From: Candidatus Latescibacterota bacterium
GTDB taxonomy: Bacteria; Latescibacterota; UBA2968; UBA8231
Assembly: GCA_965203355.1 (NCBI GenBank)
Contig: OZ241889.1
Span: forward strand, 2,304,001 to 2,368,000
DNA length: 64,000 nucleotides
Direction: 5' to 3'
This document shows, in pieces, positions 38,567 through 47,696 of this stretch (positions are counted from its first letter, which is position 1; the number at the start of each line of letters is the position of its first letter). Below the pieces are notes generated by a model. It saw only the letters and a program-made list of their open reading frames with translations. It did no database searches and was not told the origin of the DNA. The position numbers were made by a program, and so were the translations under genes.

Positions 38567-40300
38567 ATGAAGCGATTTTTTTCATTTATTCCTTGGCTGC
38601 CCGAACTCGGCCGGCCGGCCGTCTTGCGCGCCGATGTGCTCGCGGGCCTGACTGTGGCGACGATCCTCGTGCCCCAGGCCATGGCCTATGCCGAATTGGC
38701 GGGACTGCCGCCGGTCTATGGGTTGTACGCGGCCTTTCTGCCGCCGGCTGTGGCCGCGCTGTTTGGTTCGTCCCGGCACTTGTCCACCGGTCCGGTGGCC
38801 ATCGCTTCGCTCATCAGCGCGACGACCGTGCAGGGGCTTGCTCCCGAAGGCGGCGAGCTGTATATCGCCTATTCGCTGGTTTTGGGTTTGTTCGTCGGTC
38901 TGATACGGATCGCTTTGGGCGCGTTGCGCTTGGGCTTGTTGATCGATCTGCTATCCAGCCCGGTGGTCGTCGGCTTTACCAATGCCGCAGCCTTTATCAT
39001 CGCCATCTCCCAACTGCACAAGATATTCGGTGTGGAGCCTCAGCCGGGCGGACATTTGCTGGCGGCCGTCCGCGTTATTGACGTAGCACTGTCAGCGGTT
39101 CATTGGCCGACGTTGGGGATGGCGGTGCTGGCCGGAGGACTGCTGGTGGTTTTGCGCCGCGTACGCTGGGAACTGCCGAGTATGTTGACGACGCTGGTGG
39201 TCACCACGCTCATTGCTTGGCTGACCGGGTTCAGCGGGGAAGTGGTCGGCGAGGTTCCACGCGGTTTGCCGCAACTTTTGGTGCCGGACTTAGACGTGGC
39301 GATCTTGTCCCAACTCTTCGTGGGGGCCTTGACCTTGACCATGCTCGGCCTGATGGAGGCCATGGCCATTGCCAAGACCCTGGCTGCGCGGACGCGGCAA
39401 TCGCTCGATATCAATCGGGAACTCATCGGTCAAGGCATGGCCAATGTGATCGGCGGGCTTTTCCAAAGCTATGCGACTTCAGGCTCGTTTTCGCGCTCGG
39501 CGGTCAACTACCAAAGTGGGGCGCGGACGGGTTTTGCCTCGGTCGTCGCGTCGCTGGCCATCGCCGCGACCCTGCTTTGGCTCACGCCGCTGTTGTATTA
39601 TTTGCCGCAAGCGACCCTCGCCGTTGTCATCACCGTCGCGGTGTGCGGCTTGGTGCGCATCCAGCCCCTAGTGACAGCTTGGCGTATCAAGGCCCACGAC
39701 GGGTTGATCGGGATTGCGACGTTTTTCGGTACGCTGGCCTTGGCACCGGACCTGCACTTGGGGGTTGCCCTCGGCGTGGGAGCCTCGCTGGTGATCAACT
39801 TCTACCGCACCATGCGGCCGCGCGTGGTTTTTCTCGCTCGGCATCCAGACGGCACGATGCGTGCAAGCGACGCGGGCTTGAGGCCAGACCAGCAACTCGC
39901 GATTATGCGCTTTGACGGCCAATTGTACTTTGGCTCGGGCCGTTATTTTGAGGACAAGGTGCTCGAAACGATCGCCTCAGTACCCGAACTGAGGTACTTA
40001 ATTCTCGATGCGGACGGGATCAATCAGATCGACACATCTGGCGAACAGGCACTGCGCAACGCAGTCGAGTACCTGCGCGAAGTCGGGCTAGACCTATACT
40101 TTACGCGGGCCAAACGGCAGTTTACCGACGCGCTGGAGCGGTCGGGGCTGATGGAGCAGATTGGCCGCGATCACTTTTTTCGCTGGAACCAGCACGCGCT
40201 TGATTACCTGTGGGCACGGCTACATCCCGACTACAAGGCGCGGTGTCCGCTCAACATGCCTCGTGCCCAGACAGCTCAGAATATTGAGTATTATATATAA
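38567..40300 (+). CDS. SulP/SLC26 anion transporter with STAS domain
   Basis: VPQAMAYA.LAG.PP..GLY, GSS..LSTGP, NRELIGQG, GSFSRSAVN, IDTSG. Confidence 0.93.
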   Translation: MKRFFSFIPWLPELGRPAVLRADVLAGLTVATILVPQAMAYAELAGLPPVYGLYAAFLPPAVAALFGSSRHLSTGPVAIASLISATTVQGLAPEGGELYIAYSLVLGLFVGLIRIALGALRLGLLIDLLSSPVVVGFTNAAAFIIAISQLHKIFGVEPQPGGHLLAAVRVIDVALSAVHWPTLGMAVLAGGLLVVLRRVRWELPSMLTTLVVTTLIAWLTGFSGEVVGEVPRGLPQLLVPDLDVAILSQLFVGALTLTMLGLMEAMAIAKTLAARTRQSLDINRELIGQGMANVIGGLFQSYATSGSFSRSAVNYQSGARTGFASVVASLAIAATLLWLTPLLYYLPQATLAVVITVAVCGLVRIQPLVTAWRIKAHDGLIGIATFFGTLALAPDLHLGVALGVGASLVINFYRTMRPRVVFLARHPDGTMRASDAGLRPDQQLAIMRFDGQLYFGSGRYFEDKVLETIASVPELRYLILDADGINQIDTSGEQALRNAVEYLREVGLDLYFTRAKRQFTDALERSGLMEQIGRDHFFRWNQHALDYLWARLHPDYKARCPLNMPRAQTAQNIEYYI

Positions 40301-40305
40301 AAGGT

Positions 40306-40635
40306 TTAGAACCGCTTAGCGTCGGTGGGGGGGCTGTCTGTGGCGGAGGGCGCGTCGGAGAGCAAGCGATTGAAGGAGTCGAGGCGCGCATCGGTGCGAT
40401 TGAGTAGCGCGTCCTTATGCTGACGGGCGCGGAGCACTTCCTCGGCGATATTGAGCGCAGCTAGGATGGCGATGTCGAGCGGCCCTCGGTGCTTGATCGT
40501 CGCGGCGATCTGCTGCATTTTCTCGTCGAGATAGGCTGCGGTGTGCCGAACGTGCTCGGGATCTTGCTCGTCGCTGTTGACGAGATGATAGAGCTGATTG
40601 TAGATGCGGACCGTGACTGACTGTGATTGTGCCAT
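40306..40635 (-). CDS. zapA: Cell division protein ZapA
   Basis: VTVRIYNQLY, AAYLDEKM, IAILAALNIAEE. Confidence 0.88.
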   Translation of the reverse strand: MAQSQSVTVRIYNQLYHLVNSDEQDPEHVRHTAAYLDEKMQQIAATIKHRGPLDIAILAALNIAEEVLRARQHKDALLNRTDARLDSFNRLLSDAPSATDSPPTDAKRF

Positions 40636-40650
40636 GAGATCTCGGAAGAT

Positions 40651-40701
40651 AAAAAGTGGGGACTCCCGCGATCTCCCCTTGTCCCGGAAGTCCCCTCTTT
40701 T
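40651..40701. terminator. Bidirectional terminator-like hairpin in the zapA leader
   Basis: About 17-bp stem AAAAGTGGGGACTCCCG...CGGAAGTCCCCTCTTTT. Confidence 0.65.
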
Positions 40702-40727
40702 GCGCGCTAACCACGTGGTGATTAACC

Positions 40728-40756
40728 AATCTATTGGGGTAGAGAATAGTTGTCAA
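40728..40756 (-). promoter_or_regulatory. sigma70-type promoter toward zapA
   Basis: TTGACA-N17-TAGATT on the minus strand. Confidence 0.7.
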
Positions 40757-40948
40757 CAATATGTTGGATATTTTTACAAAAAAATGGGCCACTCGTTTGC
40801 AAAAAACAAAGAAAGCGACAAGTGCGGAAATTTGACGGCCCGTAGTGTGCGTCCTTAGTTATTGAAGTGTCCCTGCCAAGTTGACCAAAGTGCGCGCTAG
40901 GCCCTCGGCCAAGTGAAGAAGGTGCGCGCTGCCGATCAATGCCTACAT

Positions 40949-43804
40949 ATGGATAGAAATACATTGGAAATGGCCTTGCAACAGGCCATTCAAGGCGAAG
41001 TGCGCTTTGACGCGGTTTCGCGGATGCTCTACCGCACTGACGCCAGCATCTACGAGATGGAGCCTTTGGGGCTGGTCTTGCCCAAAGACGAGGCCGATGT
41101 GGTCGCCGCCGCAAAAATCGCCGCTGATCAGGGGGCGGCGGTCTTGCCGCGAGGCGGCGGTACGAGTTTGGCGGGTCAGTCAGTGGGGGCGGCGGTCCAT
41201 CTCGATTTTTCCAAATACATGAACCGGATCTTGGAATTCAACCCGGACGAGTGCTGGATCCGGGTCCAGCCGGGCTTAGTGCTGGATGAACTCAATGCCT
41301 ACTTGCAGCCCTACGGCCTGATCTTCGCCCCCGATGTTTCCACGAGTAGTAGGGCTAATATCGGGGGCATGATCGGCAACAATTCCTGCGGCGCGCACTC
41401 CATGATATACGGCAAGACCATCGACCACGTTCTGGAACTAAAGGTGGTGCTGGCCGACGGCTCGCAAGCGGTATTCGGGCCGCTAGACGACCAAGAGTGC
41501 CAACGCCGCGCGAGCTTGGACCGCCTCGAAGGGCGCATTTACCGCGAAATTCGCCGCATCGTCCGTGCATACGAAGCGCAGATCCGCGTCGGCTTCCCCC
41601 AAGTGATGCGCCGCGTTTCGGGCTACAATCTCGACGAACTTATCGACGGGGCTCCCTTTGACCTGAGCAAGTTGGTCGTCGGCTCGGAGGGTACGCTCTG
41701 TGCGGTGGTCGAAGCGCGGTTGAATTTGGTCGAGCTACCCGCACATAAGAGCTTGGTGGCCGTCCACTTCCACGACTTGGTCGAGGCGATGGAGGCCAAT
41801 CTGGCCGCGTTAGAGACCTCGCCCGTCGCCAGCGAACTGATCGACAAGATTCTGCTCGACCAGACTAGCGGATCGGTCGAGTACGCTCCGAGCCGACGTT
41901 TTCTCACAGGCGATCCAGCCGCCCTGCTCATAGTCGAGTACTACGCGGACTCCGAGGACGAACTGGGCCGCAAGATGGACGAATTGGAAGGGCGATTGCG
42001 GGAGCGCGGGATGGGTTACGCATTTACGCGGGCCGTGACCGCTGGGGATCAGAAGGCCATCTGGGATCTGCGCAAGGCCGGGTTGGGGCTTTTGATGGGC
42101 ATGAAGGGCGATCCCAAGCCCCAGCCGGGCGTGGAGGATACCAGCGTCCCGGTCGCCAAGTTGCCCGACTACATTCGCCGGGTGGTCGCGCTGATGGAGG
42201 AATTGGGGATTGAGGCCGAATACTACGGGCACGCGAGCGTCGGCTTGTTGCACATCCGGCCCATTTTCAGCCTCAAAGACCCCGAGGGCATAAAGCTCCT
42301 GCGCCAGATAGAAGAGCGGATGAGCGATATGGTGCTCGAATACGGCGGAGCCATGTCGGGCGAGCACGGCGATGGCTTGGCCCGCAGCGAGTGGATTGCC
42401 AAGATGTTTAGCCCGGAGTTGGTCGCGGCTTTTGTCGAGGTTAAGGACGCCTTTGATCCACAGGGGATTATGAACCCCGGCAAGATCACCCGTCCCGCTC
42501 GGATGGACGAGAACCTGCGCTACCACGAGGATTATCAGACGCCCAAGGTGGAGACGTTTTTCAGCTTTAGCGCGGCCGGCGGCTTTCAAGAGGCCGTTGA
42601 AATGTGCTCCGGGGTGGGGCACTGCCGCAAAAAGCTGGTAGGCGCGATGTGTCCTTCGTACATGGCGACCTTGGACGAGGAACACACCACGCGCGGCCGG
42701 GCCAATGCCTTGCGTGCCGCACTCGCCGGTACGCTACCCGGTGGACTTCACAGCCATGAAGTCCACCGGGTGATGGACCTCTGCTTGGAGTGCAAAGCCT
42801 GCAAGGCCGAGTGCCCGTCGAGCGTGGATATGGCCAAGCTCAAGTACGAATTTCTCGCCCACTATCATCGCCATCACGGCTATTCGCTGCGCGCGCGGCT
42901 CTTTGCCGACATCGCCCGCATCAGCCGCTTGGGGTCGGCGTTGGCACCGCTGTCGAATTGGCTTGGTCGCAGCGGATTTAACCGCTGGCTGTTGGATGCG
43001 TTTTTAGGGATTGATCGGCGGCGGCGACTGCCGGCGTTTGCCCGCCAGCCGTTTTCGCGCTGGTTCGCTGGCCGCCGGCCGGTGCGCGGCGACAAGGGCC
43101 GCGTGGTGTTGTTCAACGACACCTTCGTCGAGTACAGCGAGCCGGCCATCGGCATGGCGGCGACGATCATCTTGGAACGCGCTGGGTACGAGGTCGTCTT
43201 GGTCGCCGACAAGGTCTGTTGCGGCCGACCGTTCATATCGAAGGGCTTTCTCGATCGCGCCCGCGCATTGGCGCAGCGCAATGTGGAGGTGCTCGCGCCG
43301 TGGGCCGAGCAAGGCGTGCCGATCATTGGGCTGGAGCCGAGTTGCACGTCGGCCCTCAGCGACGATTACCTAGACTTAGTCGACAGTCCACAAAGCCGGC
43401 GCGTGGCCGAGCAGGTCGTCCTGCTTGAGGACTTTCTCGTCCGCGAGGCTCCGCTCGATTTGGAGTTTGCCCAGACAGCCCGCCACATTTTGGTGCATGG
43501 CCACTGCCATCAAAAGGCCCTGACGGGCACGGCTTCAACCGTGGCCGTGCTCAACATGCCGCCCCGCTTTAGCGCCGAGGAAATCCCGTCGGGCTGCTGC
43601 GGCATGGCTGGCAGTTTCGGCTACGAGAAGGAACACTTTGAAATATCGCGCGCCGTGGGACAGGAACGGCTCTTTGCCGTGTTAGAGGCGGTGGCAGAGG
43701 ATGTGGAGATTGCCGCCGTGGGCACTTCGTGTCGCCACCAGATTGCCGATTTTACCGGGCGGCGGGCGCGGCATTGGGCCGAAATTTTCGTCGAAGCACT
43801 TTAA
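40949..43804 (+). CDS. FAD-linked/Fe-S oxidoreductase (YdiJ/GlcD-GlcF fusion; putative D-2-hydroxyacid dehydrogenase)
   Basis: RGGGTSLAGQ, GSEGTL, GEHGDG, MNPGK, CSGVGHC, CLECKACKAECP, CCG domains. Confidence 0.9.
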   Translation: MDRNTLEMALQQAIQGEVRFDAVSRMLYRTDASIYEMEPLGLVLPKDEADVVAAAKIAADQGAAVLPRGGGTSLAGQSVGAAVHLDFSKYMNRILEFNPDECWIRVQPGLVLDELNAYLQPYGLIFAPDVSTSSRANIGGMIGNNSCGAHSMIYGKTIDHVLELKVVLADGSQAVFGPLDDQECQRRASLDRLEGRIYREIRRIVRAYEAQIRVGFPQVMRRVSGYNLDELIDGAPFDLSKLVVGSEGTLCAVVEARLNLVELPAHKSLVAVHFHDLVEAMEANLAALETSPVASELIDKILLDQTSGSVEYAPSRRFLTGDPAALLIVEYYADSEDELGRKMDELEGRLRERGMGYAFTRAVTAGDQKAIWDLRKAGLGLLMGMKGDPKPQPGVEDTSVPVAKLPDYIRRVVALMEELGIEAEYYGHASVGLLHIRPIFSLKDPEGIKLLRQIEERMSDMVLEYGGAMSGEHGDGLARSEWIAKMFSPELVAAFVEVKDAFDPQGIMNPGKITRPARMDENLRYHEDYQTPKVETFFSFSAAGGFQEAVEMCSGVGHCRKKLVGAMCPSYMATLDEEHTTRGRANALRAALAGTLPGGLHSHEVHRVMDLCLECKACKAECPSSVDMAKLKYEFLAHYHRHHGYSLRARLFADIARISRLGSALAPLSNWLGRSGFNRWLLDAFLGIDRRRRLPAFARQPFSRWFAGRRPVRGDKGRVVLFNDTFVEYSEPAIGMAATIILERAGYEVVLVADKVCCGRPFISKGFLDRARALAQRNVEVLAPWAEQGVPIIGLEPSCTSALSDDYLDLVDSPQSRRVAEQVVLLEDFLVREAPLDLEFAQTARHILVHGHCHQKALTGTASTVAVLNMPPRFSAEEIPSGCCGMAGSFGYEKEHFEISRAVGQERLFAVLEAVAEDVEIAAVGTSCRHQIADFTGRRARHWAEIFVEAL

Positions 43805-43824
43805 TCTAAGCGAAAGGGGTACTT

Positions 43825-44349
43825 ATGGCATTTAACGTCAAGCAACGCGGCCGATTGACCTATTACTACGGCGGGGATCACCCCACATTATCGGCCTTAG
43901 TGACTGAGGCGCTGGACAACGGCGACTTGAAAATTTACTTCGCCGGCTTGACCGGCGGGCATTCGGCGCAGGGGCTCCTCGGCCGCGACGAGTTGGTGAG
44001 GATGACGCCTGCTGTCGAGGTCGAGTTGGTTTTCCGCTGTTGGGAAAAGTGGCTGCAAGAAGCCGAGATTTGCGACTCGATTGCCCAGATAGATTTTATC
44101 GAAGTCCACGCCTTTGGCGCCCAGCCCAAAGACGTCAACCCACTGACCGATCCGCAGCGCTTTCACGAGGAACAACAGCGCATTTACCAAGAGTACGCCC
44201 AAGCCTATAGCCGCTTTTTCCGCGACTGTATGCCCGATACCGGGGTGCCGGCCCGCTTTACGGTACACGTAGTTGATTTCCCGGACAAAGCGGCTTCTTA
44301 TGAATTCTACAGCGTGGGCCTATATCAGCCCGCTCTGCACGGGGCTTGA
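43825..44349 (+). CDS. Hypothetical protein, divergent RidA/YjgF-fold candidate
   Basis: IYFAGLTG and YSRFF...PARFTVHVVDFP....YEF resemble the Rid motifs SGQ and PAR..V.V..LP...VEI. Confidence 0.55.
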   Translation: MAFNVKQRGRLTYYYGGDHPTLSALVTEALDNGDLKIYFAGLTGGHSAQGLLGRDELVRMTPAVEVELVFRCWEKWLQEAEICDSIAQIDFIEVHAFGAQPKDVNPLTDPQRFHEEQQRIYQEYAQAYSRFFRDCMPDTGVPARFTVHVVDFPDKAASYEFYSVGLYQPALHGA

Positions 44350-44352
44350 GCC

Positions 44353-44556
44353 ATGCCGATTTTTGAATACGCCTGCAAGGAGTGCGGCGCGCTCATACAA
44401 GGAGCGGCGACTGCCGCTTGCCCGTCTTGTGAGAGCCTGGCGTTGAAGAAGAAACTGTCGAGTTTTGCCGTGGCTGGTCGCGTTGTCAGCGTGCGCGAGC
44501 CAGTAGGGCCGACCTGCGGCGACCCGCGCGGTGCTGGTGCCTGCGCCCTCGACTAA
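44353..44556 (+). CDS. FmdB-family zinc-ribbon protein
   Basis: MPIFEYACKECG...CPSC...KKLSSF. Confidence 0.85.
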   Translation: MPIFEYACKECGALIQGAATAACPSCESLALKKKLSSFAVAGRVVSVREPVGPTCGDPRGAGACALD

Positions 44557-44570
44557 CGGCGGAGGGACCT

Positions 44571-45833
44571 ATGGCTGCGACGCAAATCGAGCTGCCCTTT
44601 GGCGATTCCCACTTGCAGGTTGACGTGTCTAGCGAGTGCCTGCTAGGCGTCGTCCTGCCGAGAGCAGAACAAGGTGGCGACGGCGCGGAGCAGACGCTGG
44701 TGCGGGATGCGCTGGCCCGGCCCGTGGGGACGCCAGCATTGCGCAACTTGGTGCGGCCCGGCCAGCAGGTCGCCATTGTCGTCAGCGACATGACCCGGCC
44801 CTGCCCGACGGAGCGCCTGTTGCCGCCGGTGCTGGATGAACTCGCGGCCGCCGGGGTGCCGGATGCCGACGTGACGGTGGTCGTGGCGTTGGGGCTACAT
44901 CGAGCGCAGACGACAGTCGAGTTGGCCGCTTTGGTGGGGCCGGCGGTTTGCGATCGGGTGCGGGTGGTGAACCACGACCCCCAAGATGTGGTGCGGTTGG
45001 GCGTCACTTCTCGCGGTACCCCCGTAGAATTTTTTCGGCCCATAGTGGAGGCCGATGTGCGGATCTGTTTGGGCAACTTGGAGTTCCACTACTTCGCCGG
45101 CTTTTCGGGTGGGGCCAAGGCTATCTTGCCCGGCTGCGCCTCTCCCAGCACCATAGCGGCCAATCACGGCCTGATGGCCCGACCCGGCGCGGCGACTGGG
45201 CGGCTTGCGGGCAATCCGGTGCGGGAAGACGTAGAAGAAGGGGCGGCCATGCTGGGGATTGACTTCATCCTCAATGTGATCGTCGATGATCGCCACTGCA
45301 TCGTTGCCGCTTTTGCCGGGCACGTGCGAGAGGCCCACCGCAAAGGGTGCGAGCGGGTGGCTGAGCGCGGAGCCGTGCCCATTGCACAATGCGCTGATAT
45401 CGTTCTCGTCAGCGCGGGGGGCTATCCGCTGGACGTCAATATGTACCAGGCGCAAAAAGCCCTCGACAACGCCGTACATGCCGTGCGCGAAGGGGGGGTC
45501 ATCGTTTGGGTGGCTGAATGCCGAGAGGGGCTGGGCAGCGCGACCTTTGCCTCTTGGTTGCAGGCGGCGGATTCGGCCGATGGAGTTCTCGCACGCCTAG
45601 AGCGGGAATTCGTCTTGGGCGGGCACAAGGCGGCCGCCATTGCCGCGGTGCTGAAAAAGGCCCGCGTACATTTGGTTTCGTCGCTGCCGGCCGAGGCCAT
45701 CGGCCGCGTCGGGTTAGTCCCTTTCGACGACCTGGGCCAAGCCTTGGCCGCCGCGTACGAGGCGGTCGGCTCCGAGGCTCGGATCTGGGTGCTGCCCTAT
45801 GGAGATTCGGTATTGCCGCAGGCCGCGGCCTAG
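44571..45833 (+). CDS. larA: Nickel-pincer-dependent lactate racemase family protein
   Basis: SDMTRP, LGLHR, HYFAGFSGGAK, NH, YQAQK. Confidence 0.88.
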   Translation: MAATQIELPFGDSHLQVDVSSECLLGVVLPRAEQGGDGAEQTLVRDALARPVGTPALRNLVRPGQQVAIVVSDMTRPCPTERLLPPVLDELAAAGVPDADVTVVVALGLHRAQTTVELAALVGPAVCDRVRVVNHDPQDVVRLGVTSRGTPVEFFRPIVEADVRICLGNLEFHYFAGFSGGAKAILPGCASPSTIAANHGLMARPGAATGRLAGNPVREDVEEGAAMLGIDFILNVIVDDRHCIVAAFAGHVREAHRKGCERVAERGAVPIAQCADIVLVSAGGYPLDVNMYQAQKALDNAVHAVREGGVIVWVAECREGLGSATFASWLQAADSADGVLARLEREFVLGGHKAAAIAAVLKKARVHLVSSLPAEAIGRVGLVPFDDLGQALAAAYEAVGSEARIWVLPYGDSVLPQAAA

Positions 45834-46732
45834 GGTTTTTCGCTGGCAAACAAATCGAGTTGCTCCAGATCTTCGTCGTCAAATCCCCCCAACCCAATGC
45901 CCAGCAGGCGCACGCCCAAGTCGCCGCTCTCTGTCTGCTCTAACAGTTCACGGGCGGCCGCGAATACGTCTTGGGCGCGATCGGTAAAGACCACCAAGCG
46001 CGATGGGTGCGTCGCCACGCGAGAATCCGGGTAGCGCACCGTTAGGGTTACGTTGCGTGCTTGTAGCCCTCGGCGCTGCAAGCGTCCGCAGAGCGCGGCG
46101 GCCAGCGCGCGCAAGGCATCGCACATTTCTTCACGAGTATAGATCGGGGCGGCAAAGGCGGTATCCTCGCGGATTTGGTCGAGTTGTTCGGCTGGGGCGA
46201 CTGGGTCGTCGTCCCAACCTTGGGCGAGGTGCCACAAACTGCTGCCCCGCTGGCCAAAGCGGCGCACGAGTTCGTTCAGCGGCACTTGGGCCAGTGTAGC
46301 GACGCGTTCTATTTGCATGGCCGCGAGTTGCTGGCGCGTAACGGCTCCCACGCCGGGAAGCTGGTCAATGGGCACATCGGCGAGAAAATCCCCGGTCTGT
46401 TCGGGCCGCACGACTGTTAGGCCATTGGGCCGCTGGTGCTCCATAGCTAGCCGCGCCAAGAACTTGCTGGGGGCCAACCCCACGGAAACGCTCCAGCCTA
46501 GCTGTTGCTTGATATCGCTCTTGATCATCTTGGCGACGCGCATTCCAAAAGGGATGTCGAGCTTATTGTCGGTGACGTCGAGAATGGCATAGCCATCGCC
46601 CCATTCGATCCAATCGGTGTATTCGCGCAGGAGTGCGGCCAACTCGGTGCAAGCTCGGGTGTTGTGGCGCGGGCCGCTATCAATCCCAAGGTGGACTATC
46701 TTGCGACGTCTGCTGGTTCTAACGGGACTCAT
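45830..46732 (-). CDS. DinB/Pol IV-like protein lacking fingers domain and catalytic residues
   Basis: RKIVHLGID, AILDVTD, SVGLAPSKFLA, RPNG, LPGVG, VRLLGIG, QLDLF; no DMD.F, YxAR or SxDE. Confidence 0.8.
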   Translation of the reverse strand: MSPVRTSRRRKIVHLGIDSGPRHNTRACTELAALLREYTDWIEWGDGYAILDVTDNKLDIPFGMRVAKMIKSDIKQQLGWSVSVGLAPSKFLARLAMEHQRPNGLTVVRPEQTGDFLADVPIDQLPGVGAVTRQQLAAMQIERVATLAQVPLNELVRRFGQRGSSLWHLAQGWDDDPVAPAEQLDQIREDTAFAAPIYTREEMCDALRALAAALCGRLQRRGLQARNVTLTVRYPDSRVATHPSRLVVFTDRAQDVFAAARELLEQTESGDLGVRLLGIGLGGFDDEDLEQLDLFASEKP

Positions 46733-47684
46733 ACGACAAAAAAGGCAGGGGGACTACAGTGGCCGGTGCTCCATCCGCGTCTAGCACAGTGCCCGCGGCG
46801 CAAGCGCTTCGCCGCACATAGGCGAGGGCAATCGGGCCGAGGCTGGGAGAGTGGACTGCCGAAGTGATGCGCCCTACTTCGCGCGTTCCATCGCGCAGTA
46901 GTTGCCCGGTTGGCGGCAACGCAGCGGCGGAAAGCCGCAGACCGGCTAGGTGCTGTTTGACTTTGTCGTAGGTATCTAAGCGGGCGATGACTTCTTGGCC
47001 AATATAGCAGCCTTTATCTAGATGAATAGCGCGACCAAGCCCTGCTTCCCAGGGGTTGTAATTTTGGCTCAGCTCTCGCCCGAGTAGGGGAGAGCCCTGT
47101 TCGACGCGCAAAATTTCCCACGTCGCCGCTCCTATTGGACGAGCTCCGGCGGTGGCGAGACGCTGCCAAAGGGCCTTCACAGTGGCCGGCGGGCCGAAGG
47201 CGCGCAGCCCCGGTCCGGGCGTGCGGGCCAGCCACAGACCGTCGGCGACCTGTGGGTCGAGTAACTGGTGATCCTGAAGTTGCGCCAGATCGGCTTCCAG
47301 TGTGCGGGCGACTAGCTCGGCGGTGTGCGGGCCGACGAGTTCAAACATGGCGGTCTCGTCTGTGCGGTCTGCCAATTCGAGGGCCTCGGCAAAGATAAAG
47401 CGGTCCAACCAAGTGGGGATTGTGGTGCGCGAATCTGGACTCAAGATCAAGGCGGTGGCGTCCGGGCCGCGATAGCAGGTGGCGAGATCGAGAATCCGGG
47501 CGCGCTGTTCGATAAAGACGGCTTCGAGACCACGCCCTATTTGCAGGTTGTGGAAGTCGTTGGAGGTCATGCGGTGCAGGAAGTCGAGATGGTCAACTCC
47601 GCACATGTACAAGCGAAACGAGGTCTGCCCGTCGCGTAGGGCCGCGCCAGTGCGGGCGGCTTGGTATTCGTCGTAGTGGGCCAT
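46719..47684 (-). CDS. ygfZ: YgfZ/GcvT-like folate-binding protein
   Basis: KGCYIGQE signature; DFLHRMTSND; GRITS. Confidence 0.85.
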   Translation of the reverse strand: MAHYDEYQAARTGAALRDGQTSFRLYMCGVDHLDFLHRMTSNDFHNLQIGRGLEAVFIEQRARILDLATCYRGPDATALILSPDSRTTIPTWLDRFIFAEALELADRTDETAMFELVGPHTAELVARTLEADLAQLQDHQLLDPQVADGLWLARTPGPGLRAFGPPATVKALWQRLATAGARPIGAATWEILRVEQGSPLLGRELSQNYNPWEAGLGRAIHLDKGCYIGQEVIARLDTYDKVKQHLAGLRLSAAALPPTGQLLRDGTREVGRITSAVHSPSLGPIALAYVRRSACAAGTVLDADGAPATVVPLPFLSYESR

Positions 47685-47696
47685 AATGGCAGGAGG

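Noticed and set aside
40300-40760. 6S RNA next to zapA
   Set aside because: Only 5 nt lie downstream of zapA, and the upstream leader (about 85 nt) is too short for a 6S rod.
45830-46732. Calling this dinB or imuB
   Set aside because: Catalytic motifs are absent, and there is no ImuB tail or imuA/dnaE2 context.
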